From Torpedo marmorata (taxonomy: Eukaryota), in NCBI GenBank assembly GCA_977017645.1, contig OZ360222.1, forward strand, positions 90,086,001-90,150,000: a stretch of DNA of 64,000 nt, written 5' to 3'. Position 1 is the first letter of the stretch; every line of letters begins with the position of its first letter. Shown piece after piece: positions 35,301 through 45,199 of the stretch. The notes below the pieces were generated by a model, which ran no database searches, had not been told where the DNA came from, and saw only the letters and a program-made list of their open reading frames with translations. The translations under genes and the position numbers were made by a program.

Positions 35301-35876
35301 AGGGATCGGGTCGGCGGCCGTGGCGTTGGGAGCTCCAGAGGGCAGGTGGTCGGGGCCGAGGTGGGGATCCACGTAGAGAGTCACAGAGGCTGCAGTCTCG
35401 AGGGAGGCAAGCTTACAGTTCTTGATGGACTCCAGGTGAGTGTAGAGCCGGCGGTTGAACGTGTGGCTCCGGCGGCGGATGTAGTATAGGAGGGGTCCGC
35501 TGCAGGCCATGGCCAGCGAGGTCCGGAGCTGTGGCAGGGAGAGGGCGAGTTGCTGCTGCTATCTCCGCATCGAGGTGAGGGTGGTGCGGAGGAGTCGTTG
35601 GGGGAAGCGGAGAGAGCAGCAGTCGATGCTGTGGAGGTACCTGAGGTCCTTGCGAGTGCCAAACTGCGAGGCCTGGAATCAAAGCTGGAAACCACAAGGC
35701 ACAAGATGACGACGGAGGCAAGTAGCAAGGAAGGCAACGTGGCTGTGAAATCGAGTCTGGGTGAGTACATGGTCGTAGAGCTTGAGAGCAGCAGGGGTTG
35801 CAGATGGGGAGCAGTGAGAGAGAATGCCACAGAACTCCCTTCGGAGTGCAAAGGCGAACTTCTTCAGTGTAGGCAT
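32394..35876 (-). pseudogene. Penelope RT + GIY-YIG endonuclease ORF with stops and frameshifts
   Basis: LSRGLTF, IKPADKG, FYLLPKIHK, DVQSL, GAAMG..MGP, RCIDD, CARRRCNTC zinc motif, LIYCIWC..CGFLYIGET. Confidence 0.92.
34914..35337 (-). repeat. 57-bp tandem minisatellite (~7 units) in the Penelope ORF N-terminal region
   Basis: Units start at 34971, 35028, 35085, 35142, 35199, 35256 and 35313; encodes 19-aa TGAPNATAADPSLDPGRRL. Confidence 0.93.
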
Positions 35877-36019
35877 CCCTCAGAGTTTTCACAGAGTTGT
35901 TGTAGTATTCAGAAGTAAAACACGAAAATCTGTAGACACCGTGGTTGAAGTGAAAAACACAAATGCTGGAGAAACTCAGCAGGTCAAACAGTGTCTTTTA
36001 TGTAGCAAAGGTAGAAATA

Positions 36020-36060
36020 CATAACTGACGTTTTGGACTTGAGCCCTTCATCAAAGTATG
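36020..36060 (-). ncRNA. Hammerhead motif in the 5' pseudo-LTR (GAAA mutated to AAAA)
   Basis: TTGATGA-A-GGGC-TCAA-GTCC-AAAAC-GTC. Confidence 0.6.
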
Positions 36061-37978
36061 AGAAAATGCCGGCAGGCGTCCGAACAAAAGAGTGAGGGGG
36101 GAAGGGGGGGGCGGGTGGCAAAGTCAGGAGATGATAGGTGGAGAAAGGAGGGAGGGGACAGCAGCAAAGAGGGGGAGGAGGGATGGCTGGGAGGGTGGGA
36201 AAAAAACAGGAAGGACAGGTGAGGGGGGTGGGGAAGGAAACGACAAGCAGGTTTAGTGGAAAGCAGAAAAGTCAATGTTAATGCCATCTGGCTGGAGAGT
36301 GCCCAGACGGAAAATGAGACGTTGTTCCTCCAATTTGCGGGTAGTCTGGCTGGGATGGTACATAAGGCCATGGGCAGACATGTGAGCGTGGGAGTGTGAC
36401 CCGGAATTGAAATGGTTGGCTACTGGGAGGTCGCTGTTGTTGCGGATGGAGAGGAGGTGCTCAGCAAAGCGATCTCCCAATCTACGACCGGTCTCTCCAA
36501 TGTAGAGAAAGCCACAAAAGGAGCACCGGATGCAGTAAATAAGTTCTCTGGATGTACAAGTGAAGTGTAGTTTCACTTGGAAGGCCTGTTTGGGGCCCCG
36601 GACTATCCTGGGCACACAACATCTCCACACTTGTTTGGAAGGCACAACAGCAACTGCACATCCTTAGGAGGCTGAAGCAGGCAAGGCTACCAGCCGCCAT
36701 TCTGTCAACTTTGTACAGGAGCTCTATTGAAACGTCGTGGCTGTGTGTGGTCCGGTTGCTGTAGAGCATTGGATTGGAGGTCAATCCACAGGATCATAAC
36801 AATGGTAGAGAGGATCACTGGGGCATCCCTCCCCCTCATCGATGTGATTTATCAGGATCATTATTTTAAAAGGGCTTACAAAATCAGGGAGGACCCCTAC
36901 CACCCTATGCAGCATCTTCCAGCTACTCCCCTTTGGAAAGAGATCCAAAAGTATAAGAGCCAGAACCACCAGGCTGAGGAACAGCTTTGTCCCACGGGCA
37001 ATGAGACTGCTGAATGACTGTTGAACTGCTAAAATAACTCTCCGTGATGCAACTATTTATTAATAATATTTATTTTAATATATGTACACGTACTGTGTAT
37101 ATGTATCATTTGTCTGTATGTGTGTTATGTCTGCATGCGTGTTTGCTCTGTTCTGCACTGTGGGCTGAACAACGATGTTTTGTCGGGTTGAACTTGTGCA
37201 ACCGAACCGTAAAACCATAGATCATTACAACACAAAAACAGGCCCATTCGACCCTTCTAGTCTGTGCCGAACCATTTTTTTTGCCTAGTCCCACTGACCT
37301 GCACCCAGTCCATAGCCCTCCATACCTCTCCCATTCATGTACCTGTCCAAATTCTTCTTAAATGTTAAAATTGAGCCTGCATTCACCACTTCAGCTGGCA
37401 GCTCGTTCCACACTCCCACCACTCTCTGTGTGAAGAAGTTCCCCCTCATGTTTCCCCTAAACTTTTCCCCTTTCACCCTTAACCCATGCCCTCTGGTTTG
37501 TATTTCACCTACTCTCAGTGGAAAAAGCCGATCTACATTTACTCTCTCTATACCCCTCATAATTTTAAATACTTCTATTGAATCTCCCCTCATTCTTCTA
37601 AGCTCAAGGGAATAAAGTCCTAACCTGTTTAACCTTTCCCTGTAACTCAGTTCCTGAAGTCCGGGCAACATCCTAGTAAATCTTCTCTGCACTCTTTCTA
37701 TCTTAATGATATTTTTCCTGTAGTTAGGTGACCAAAACTGCACACAATACTCCAAATATGGCCTCACCATTGTCTTGTACAACTTTACCATAACATCCTA
37801 ACTTCTATATTCAATTCTTTGATTTATGAAGGTCAATATGCCAAAAGCTCTCTTACTACCCTATCCACACGTGACACCACTTTCAGAGAATTGTGTATGT
37901 ATTCCCAGATCCCTCAGTTCTACCGCTCTCCTCAGTGCCCTACCATTTACTGTGTATGTCCTTTCTTGGTTTGTCATT

Positions 37979-38875
37979 TGTTACAAAATCAAACCAGCAA
38001 TGACAGAAGACACAATGCAAAAGGGGTAAAATTGAAATTATTATTTATTAAACACAAGAAAACATATAATTTCACAACAATTAACCCCACTATAAACGTC
38101 TACAAACTCTATTCTTATCTAAACGGTGTATGTGTGTGTGTGTGAAAAGCCCAGACCATTACAGTCTGTGCCCAACGCTTATGTAAAAATGGAAAAACTT
38201 TCCCCAAAAACCCCAGGTCAGTCATAAAAACAAGTCAGTCAAAAAAAAGGATAATACAGTCGACAAAATCCACTCTCTAAGTTCAGGCTTCAACTTTTTC
38301 TCTGTGTCTGGTAGAAGTACTTCTGAATGAACGTTGGAGAGAGACAATGACTGTTTATGCTTACAAATACTTGTTTTCTTCTCTGATGACGTCCCCTTCT
38401 TGTAGGTTCATAAGGATTGCAAGTTCCAGATCAGTATACCACTGATTTAGGCGTATGCTTGAATCTCACAGCTAGTCTCGCTGATCTCACGCCTGTTCTC
38501 CACAGAAGTTGCTTTTTCTCAGAATTTCTCTGAGACAGGAGGCCATGTGCTATTTTGTCAGTCTTTTCTCTGACTTCACACAAGCCTTGATCTGGCTGTG
38601 TCTTGTAGCCTTTGCAAATCACAACTGTGTGTTTTGCAGAGATCTGCCCCTGCTTTTTGCAGAAGTGAAACAAATGTATCTTGTCTAGCCTGTCTCTCTC
38701 TCTCTGGTCTCTCTTGTCTGGGTACACCAAGAGTGCAACAATGTATCTTGTCTGGGTACAGCAAGTAGCTGGGGAAGTTAACTCTTTCAGTACCTGGCCC
38801 CAGTATATACTCCAAAAGACTTCATCCTTCCTGCTGACCGTCCGCAGTCCAAATGGTCAGTCATGGTCCATAACA
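37979..38875 (-). repeat. 3' LTR
   Basis: Direct repeat of 42976-43871; AATAAA at ~38044-38049 (minus). Confidence 0.95.
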
Positions 38876-38887
38876 CCTCCCACCCAC
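38876..38887 (-). promoter_or_regulatory. Polypurine tract
   Basis: GTGGGTGGGAGG directly before the 3' LTR. Confidence 0.75.
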
Positions 38888-39007
38888 AAAGGAAATTTTG
38901 GTCTGCAAGAACAAAATTTAGGAAAGTAAGTGAGGTGTCAGAATATAAACAAAATCCACAATGTTCATCCACAAATACAAAATATGAACTATTTTCATTG
39001 ATAAAGT

Positions 39008-41356
39008 TTAACATCTAGAAAGACAATCAGCAATTACATTATCTTTCCCTTTTATATGAGTGATTACCAAATTATATTCTTGCAAAATTAGACTCCAATT
39101 CAACAACCGTCGATTCTTATTTTTCATTTTACAAAGAAAAACCAATGGATTATGGTCAGTATACACTATGAGTGGTTTTTGAGCTGTACAGATATACACA
39201 TCAAAGTGTTGTAGAGCCAACACAAGAGCCAACAACTCTTTCTCTATAGTTGAATAATTCCTTTGATGATCATTGAACTTCTTCAAGAAGTAGGATACCG
39301 GATGGTCAATGTCCTCTTCGTTCTTCTTCTGTAACAGCACCGCACCCACAGCTTCATCGCTCGCATCCACGGCTAAAGAAAACGACTGTTCTAAATCAGG
39401 TGACTTAAGCACAGGTTGATGGCATAACATGGCTTTCAATTTGACAAATGCTTCCTGACAACCTGTTGACCATACAAATTTTTCTTTCTTTCTAAGCAAA
39501 TTTGTGAGAGGGAGCGCAAGATCAGCAAAGTTTTTACAGAACTTGCGGTAGTAGCCAATCATTCCCAGGAACCTCCTCAGAGTTTTCTTACCAGTTGGAA
39601 CAGGGAACTCGGAAATAGCGACAACCTTTGCCTCTACTGGCGCCAAATTCCCCTGTCCTACAACATAACCCCGAGAATTAACAGTACCATTACCCTCTCT
39701 GAAACTGGTTTTATCTGTCTCCTCCTTACCCCTGTCAATAACCAGTTCCTCTGGTACATTTTCAGTCCCTTTGTGTGGCACCTGTTCAAAATATGGCTTA
39801 ATCATATTCACATGGCAGACCTGTGTGTCTCGTCTGCGATTAGGTGTTTCTATGACATAGGTGACATCATTAATTTTTGACTTAACTCTATAGGGTCCTG
39901 AAAATCTAGCCCTAAGAGGATTTGAATGGATGGGAAACAGAACTAATACGTTCTCACCAGGTTTAAAAGTTCTCATCTTCGCCTTTCGATCATACCAAAC
40001 CTTCATTCTCTGTTGAGTGGCCTTTAAATTCTCCTTTGCCATCTCACAAGCCCTATGTAACCGATCCTTAAATTTTGAAACATAATCTAACAGATTTAAA
40101 TGCACATCACGATTAATCCACTGTTCTTTTAATAATCTTAAAGGACCTCTCACCTCATGTCCGAAAACTAACTCAAATGGACTAAAACCAAGTGAATCTT
40201 GGACAGACTCCCTCGCTGCAAATATCAACAAATGAACCCCCTCATCCCAATCCTTTTCCTTCTCACAACAATAGGTTCTAATCATGGTTTTCAAAGTCGA
40301 ATGGAACCTCTCCAAGGCCCCTTGACTTTCTGGATGGTACGCAGAGGATACAATCTGTTTAACTCCTAGTCCATCAACCACTTGTTGGAAAACGCCTGAC
40401 ATGAAATTACTGCCCTGATCTGATTGAATTTCCCTTGGCAAACCTACCAAGGTGAAAAACTTTACCATAGCCTTTACAATTGACTTTGCTTTTATGTTTC
40501 TCAGAGGAATGGCCTCTGGAAATCTGGTGGCTGCACACATAATTTTTAACAAATACTCATTCCCCGCTTTGGTTTTGGGCAATGGGCCAACACAGTCCAC
40601 AATTACTCTCGAGAAAGGATCACTGAAAGCAGGGATAGGTTGCAAGGGTGCCACCGGGGGACCCTGATTAGGTTTACCCACCATCTGACAAGTGTGACAG
40701 GCCCGGCAAAAGCTTACAACCTCCCTTCTTAAACTGGGCCAATAAAATTGTTTCATTATCTTCCTTATAGTTTTCTTCACCCCAAGATGACCACCTAAGG
40801 GTGTACTATGAGCCAAAGTTATTATTGCATCCCTATATACTTTAGGGATCACAACCTGCTGCACTACTGCCCATTCTTCATTGGCAGGAACATCACGTGG
40901 TCTCCACTTTCTCATCAACACCCCATCTTTTTCATAATACCCTACTGGCACCTTTTTAATCTCCTCTTCAGAGAGAACCTTATCCCTCACCTCAGCAAGA
41001 TCAGGATCGTCCATTTGCCTTGCTATTAACTCCTGTCGGGATAGTGACAAATCTGTGCCTTTAGGTGTCTTATCAGTGGATGGGTGTAACATAGGAGATA
41101 GCTCAACCGTTTCCAGGTTTTCATGATTATCAGTGTCTTTTTCTTTTACCAAGTTATTTTCCACTGCCTTCTCTACAGTGACATTTTTCTTAGACATGGC
41201 CCTGGTTATGGCACATGCTGGATAAATATCAGAGTCCTTCTCTGACTTATCAATGACTGGCTTAGTGGTCATTCTCACTGCAGGAACTACTTTACCCTTG
41301 GCCAAGTCATTGCCTAACAACAGTGAGACTCCTTCTACGGGCAACTCTGATCTCAC
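39008..41356 (-). CDS. Pol: integrase (HHCC, DDE, GPY) fused in frame to RT thumb/connection and RNase H
   Basis: H..GGHLG..CHTC, VDCVGP, SDQG, GALER, GPY; RRFLGMIGYYRKF, VDAS, EKELLA, TDH, ADCLSR; no YxDD. Confidence 0.92.
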   Translation of the reverse strand: MRSELPVEGVSLLLGNDLAKGKVVPAVRMTTKPVIDKSEKDSDIYPACAITRAMSKKNVTVEKAVENNLVKEKDTDNHENLETVELSPMLHPSTDKTPKGTDLSLSRQELIARQMDDPDLAEVRDKVLSEEEIKKVPVGYYEKDGVLMRKWRPRDVPANEEWAVVQQVVIPKVYRDAIITLAHSTPLGGHLGVKKTIRKIMKQFYWPSLRREVVSFCRACHTCQMVGKPNQGPPVAPLQPIPAFSDPFSRVIVDCVGPLPKTKAGNEYLLKIMCAATRFPEAIPLRNIKAKSIVKAMVKFFTLVGLPREIQSDQGSNFMSGVFQQVVDGLGVKQIVSSAYHPESQGALERFHSTLKTMIRTYCCEKEKDWDEGVHLLIFAARESVQDSLGFSPFELVFGHEVRGPLRLLKEQWINRDVHLNLLDYVSKFKDRLHRACEMAKENLKATQQRMKVWYDRKAKMRTFKPGENVLVLFPIHSNPLRARFSGPYRVKSKINDVTYVIETPNRRRDTQVCHVNMIKPYFEQVPHKGTENVPEELVIDRGKEETDKTSFREGNGTVNSRGYVVGQGNLAPVEAKVVAISEFPVPTGKKTLRRFLGMIGYYRKFCKNFADLALPLTNLLRKKEKFVWSTGCQEAFVKLKAMLCHQPVLKSPDLEQSFSLAVDASDEAVGAVLLQKKNEEDIDHPVSYFLKKFNDHQRNYSTIEKELLALVLALQHFDVYICTAQKPLIVYTDHNPLVFLCKMKNKNRRLLNWSLILQEYNLVITHIKGKDNVIADCLSRC

Positions 41357-41358
41357 TC

Positions 41359-42840
41359 CTATATAACAGGTCTTTCCACCAAGTCTGAGTCCAATACTAT
41401 TTTGTGCAAAGGAATGGACTCTACCTCACCACCAATTCCTTTTATTAAATTTATGTCACCGGTGTCAGTAGCTTCACAAAATTCCAAGACACTATCTAAC
41501 ACAAGTGACTGAGCAGCTCCAGTATCTCTCAAGATTTTCACTGGAACTTGTTTTGATCCTGCCTTAACGGAAACAAAACCATCAGTCACAAAAGGTTTAA
41601 ATACATCTTTAACTTTGTCAGTAAATTTATCTCCTTCCTGGGTGTTATGCATCTTCTCACTCTGAATACAAGCATTAGGTGTTGCATCCTTTACTCTCTT
41701 CTTTTTCAACACTGGACAGCTTGCTATCATATGACCAGCCTTCCTACAGTAGTGGCAAATGGGACCCGAATTGTTTTCCCTTTTCCACTTTCCTTCATCC
41801 CTTTCCTTAACGCCACTTCCAAATTTACTTTCCACTTGCTTCTGATCATCCCCCGTGACCTTTTGGAAAATTCTACCTGACGTTCACTTAGGCTTGTGGG
41901 TTAAAGCATATTCATCTGCTAACTTAGCTGAATTTTGCCAAGTTTTCACCTCCTTTTCATCTAAGTATACATTAATATCCTCAGGAACACACCTTTTTAT
42001 CTCCTCAATTATTATCAATTCTCTCAATTGATTGTAATCATTGTTTACTTCCTTAGATGTGCACCACCTGTCAAAACACACAACTTTTTCATAGGCAAAC
42101 TCTGTATAAGATTGGGTTGCTGATCTTTTTAAATTTCTAAACTTCTGTCTATAAGCCTCTGGAACTAACTCATAAATCTGGAGTATAGCCTTTTTCACCG
42201 TTTCATAATCAGCAGCTTGCTCTGTGGTAAGAGTAGAATAAACTTGCTGAGCTTTTCCTTTAATTACACTTTGTAACATAAGAGACCATTGGTCTTGTGG
42301 CCATTTTAATTTCACAGCCACTTTCTCAAAATGTTGGAAGTACTTATCTATTTCTGCCTCCTCAAATGGAGGAACCAACCTAACTTCTCTACTAGCCAAA
42401 AACCCCTCAGCAGGATGACGAATTTGATCTTGGCGCTCTTCTTGTCTCCTCTCATTTTCCAACCTCATCTTTTCCAGCTCATATTTCCTATTTTTCTCCT
42501 CATTCTCATATCTCTTTTGTTCTCTGTCTATCTCCATGTCTAATCTCTTTTGTTCCAATTCCAATTCTAATTTCTTTTGTTCCCTGTCTGCCTCTAATTT
42601 CTTTAGTTCCAACTGTATGTTTTCAGAAGGTTTACCCTTGGGAAACTGCTCTAACATGCTCTCCTCAAATTTTTTTTCTTTTATATAGTATTTGACTATT
42701 TTTCTCCCAATCTCTGCCTTTTTCATAGATGGTTTTACAGAAGCAATGCCCATCTCTGTTGCTATAGCCACTAACTGTTCCTTTTTCGCCTTTTTTAAAG
42801 TATCAGGTTCAGGTAATTCCAAAAAATGTTCTACATCCAT
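41359..42840 (-). pseudogene. Gag (SCAN-like capsid, CCHC) + aspartic protease; one in-frame TGA at 41884-41886 and a 1-nt frameshift at ~41358
   Basis: YFQHFEKVA..W, PEAYRQKFR, LADEY; CHYCRKAGHMIASC; LRDTGA. Confidence 0.88.
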
Positions 42841-42954
42841 TGTTGCTGGGTTTTTTTTGTTACACACACACTAGCTTTTAATTAGCTTTACCAAAAGGAA
42901 TGCCTTAAACCAAACTGGGATTCCTTCAATTACCAAGATGGATTTTGATTCAAA

Positions 42955-42972
42955 TCCTAGGACAAGCCCCCA
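42955..42972 (-). promoter_or_regulatory. Primer-binding site, tRNA-Pro type
   Basis: TGGGGGCTTGTCCTAGGAT starts 3 nt after the 5' LTR; compare the tRNA-Pro PBS TGGGGGCTCGTCCGGGAT. Confidence 0.85.
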
Positions 42973-42975
42973 ATT

Positions 42976-43871
42976 TGTTACAAAATCAAACCAGCAACGA
43001 CAGAAGACGCAATGCAAAAGGGGTAAAATTGAAATTATTATTTATTAAACACAAGTAAACATATAATTTCACAACAATTAACCCCACTATAAACGTCTAC
43101 AAACTCTATTCTTATCTAAACGGTGTATGTGTGTGTGTGTAAAGCCCAGACCATTACAGTCTGTGCCCAACCCTTATGTAAAAATGGAAAAACTTTCCCC
43201 AAAAACCCCAGGTCAGTCATAAAATCAAGTCAATCAAAAAAAAGGATAATACAGTTGACAAAATCCACTCTCTAAGTTCAGGCTTCAACTTTTTCTCTGT
43301 GTCTGGTAGAAGTACTTCTGAATGAACGTTGGAGAGAGACAATGACTGTTTATGCTTACAAATACTTGTTTTCTTCTCTGATGACGTCCCCTTCTTGTAG
43401 GTTCATAAGGATTGCAAGTTCCAGATCAGTATACCACTGATTTAGGTGTATGCTTGAATCTCACAGCTAGTCTCGCTGATCTCACGCCTGTTCTCCACAG
43501 AAGTTGCTTTTTCTCAGAATTTCTCTGAGACAGGAGGCCATGTGCTATTTTGTCAGTCTTTTCTCTGACTTCACGCAAGCCTTGATCTGGTTGTGTCTTG
43601 TAGCCTTTGCAACTCACAACTGTGTGCTTTGCAGAGATCTGCCCCTGCTTTTTGCAGAAGTGAAACAAATGTATCTTGTCTAGCCTGTCTCTCTCTCTCT
43701 GGTCTCTCTCTGTCTGGGTACACCAAGAGTGCAACAATGTATCTTGTCTGGGTACACCAAGTAGCTGGGGAAGTTAACTCTTTCAGTACCTGGCCCCAGT
43801 GTATACTCCAAAAGACTTCATCCTTCCTGCTGACCATCCGCAGTCCAAATGGTCAGTCATGGTCCATAACA
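42976..43871 (-). repeat. 5' LTR
   Basis: TGTTATGG...TGTAACA on the minus strand; a few percent divergent from the 3' LTR. Confidence 0.95.
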
Positions 43872-45199
43872 CCTTCCAAAATGCAACACCTCACACTTGT
43901 CTGCATTGAATTCAAACTGCCATTTTTCAGCCCATTTTTCCAGCTGGTCCAGATTCCTCTGCAAGCTTTGAAAACCATCGCTGTCCACAACGCCTCCAAT
44001 CTTAATGTCATCTGCAAACTTGCTGATCCAATTTACCACATTATCATCCAGATTAAACAACAATGGTCTCAGCACCGATCCCTGAGGCACACCACTAGAC
44101 ACAGACCTCCAGTCTGAGAAGCAATTATCCACCACTACTCTCTGGCTTCTCCCGTCCAGCCATTGTCAAATCCAGTTCACTACTTCACCATGAATACCGA
44201 GTGTCTGAACCTTCTTGATTCACCTCCCTTGTGAGACCTTGTCAAAGGCCTTACTAAAGTACATGTAGACAACATCCACAGCCTTTCCTTCATCAACTTT
44301 CCTGGTAACCATCTCGAAAAACTCTATAAGATTGGTTAAACACGACCTACCACGCACTAAGTTATGTTGACGATCCCTAATCAGTCCCTGGCTATCCAAA
44401 TAATTGTATATCCGATCTAATAGAACACCTTCCAATAATTTACCTACTACTGATGTCAGGCTCAACAGCCTTTAATTTCCAGGGTTACTTTTGGAGCCTT
44501 TTTAGAACAACGGAACAACATGAGATACCTTCTAATCCTCCGGCACCACATCCGTGGCTAAGGACATTTCAATTATTTCTGCCAGAGCCCCTGAAATCTC
44601 TACAGTAGCTTCCCTCAAGGTCCGAGGCAATATCTTGTCAGGGCCTTGGGATTTATCTACCCTTATTTGCTTTAAGACAGCAAGCACTTCCTCCTCTTTA
44701 ATCTGTATAGGTTCCATGACCTCACTGCTTGTTTTCCTTACTTCCAATGACTCTGCCCATTTCCTGAGTGAATACTAATGAAAAAACCCATTTCAGATTT
44801 CCCCCATCTCTTTTGTCTCCCTACAAAGCCGACCTCTATGATCTTCAAGGGGACTATTTTTGTTCCTTACTATCCTTTAGCTTTTAATATACCTGTAGAA
44901 ACCCTTAGGGTTTTCCTTCACATCGTCCACCAAAGCAACCTCATGTCTTCTTTTAGCCTTCCTGATTTCTTTCTTGAGGTTTTTCTCTAATTTTTTATAC
45001 TCCTCAAGTACTTCATTTGCTCCATGTTGCCTCTCTCTTCTTCTGAACCAGATCCCCAATATCCCTCGAAAAACAAGGTTCTCTTTGCCTGCTAACCTTG
45101 CCTTTAATCCTGACTAACCTTGCATCTACCCTACTTTCCGTCTCCTGACTGTCACCCATTATATCACAAATAAGCTTGAACTTGAACTTGAAGTAGAAT

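Larger units (their letters stand above)
32053..36603 (-). mobile_element. Full-length Penelope-like element, Neptune type, with direct pseudo-LTRs
   Basis: Direct repeats 32053-32705 and 35948-36603; one degraded ORF with RT and GIY-YIG; cta microhomology at both junctions. Confidence 0.93.
30955..37200 (+). mobile_element. Rex1-type LINE split by the Penelope element (host pieces 30955-32052 and 36606-37200)
   Basis: KAAGPD, KFVDD; FLRVHLRSDL joins SWAHNISTLVWKAQQQLH across the insertion. Confidence 0.85.
37979..43871 (-). mobile_element. Gmr1-like Ty3/gypsy LTR retrotransposon lacking the RT polymerase core
   Basis: Two ~897-bp LTRs with TG..CA ends, 4-bp TSD catt/cctt, tRNA-Pro PBS, PPT; domain order gag-PR-IN-(RT thumb)-RNase H. 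Confidence 0.95.
37208..45130 (-). mobile_element. CR1 (HER1-like) LINE split by the LTR retrotransposon (pieces 37208-37978 and 43872-45130)
   Basis: LYKTMVRPYLEYC, TRGH, GVPQGSVL, KFADD, GRSCLTNL, FSKAFD; the host sequence is contiguous across the insertion. Confidence 0.9.

Noticed and set aside
34914-35337. Regular repeats as a possible CRISPR array
   Set aside because: Head-to-tail units with no unique spacers, no cas genes, and a eukaryotic context.
35106-35681. TGA codons in the Penelope ORF as selenocysteine
   Set aside because: They are not at Cys-motif positions, one is a single-unit mutation in the minisatellite, the ORF has other lesions, and no SECIS was recognised.
41884-41886. 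In-frame TGA in gag as programmed read-through
   Set aside because: It lies upstream of the CCHC knuckle rather than at the gag-pol boundary, and the copy also has a frameshift. A point mutation is simpler.
43426-43837. ~100-codon ORFs repeated in both LTRs
   Set aside because: No motif, non-ATG starts, not preserved in the solo LTR; recurrence reflects LTR identity.
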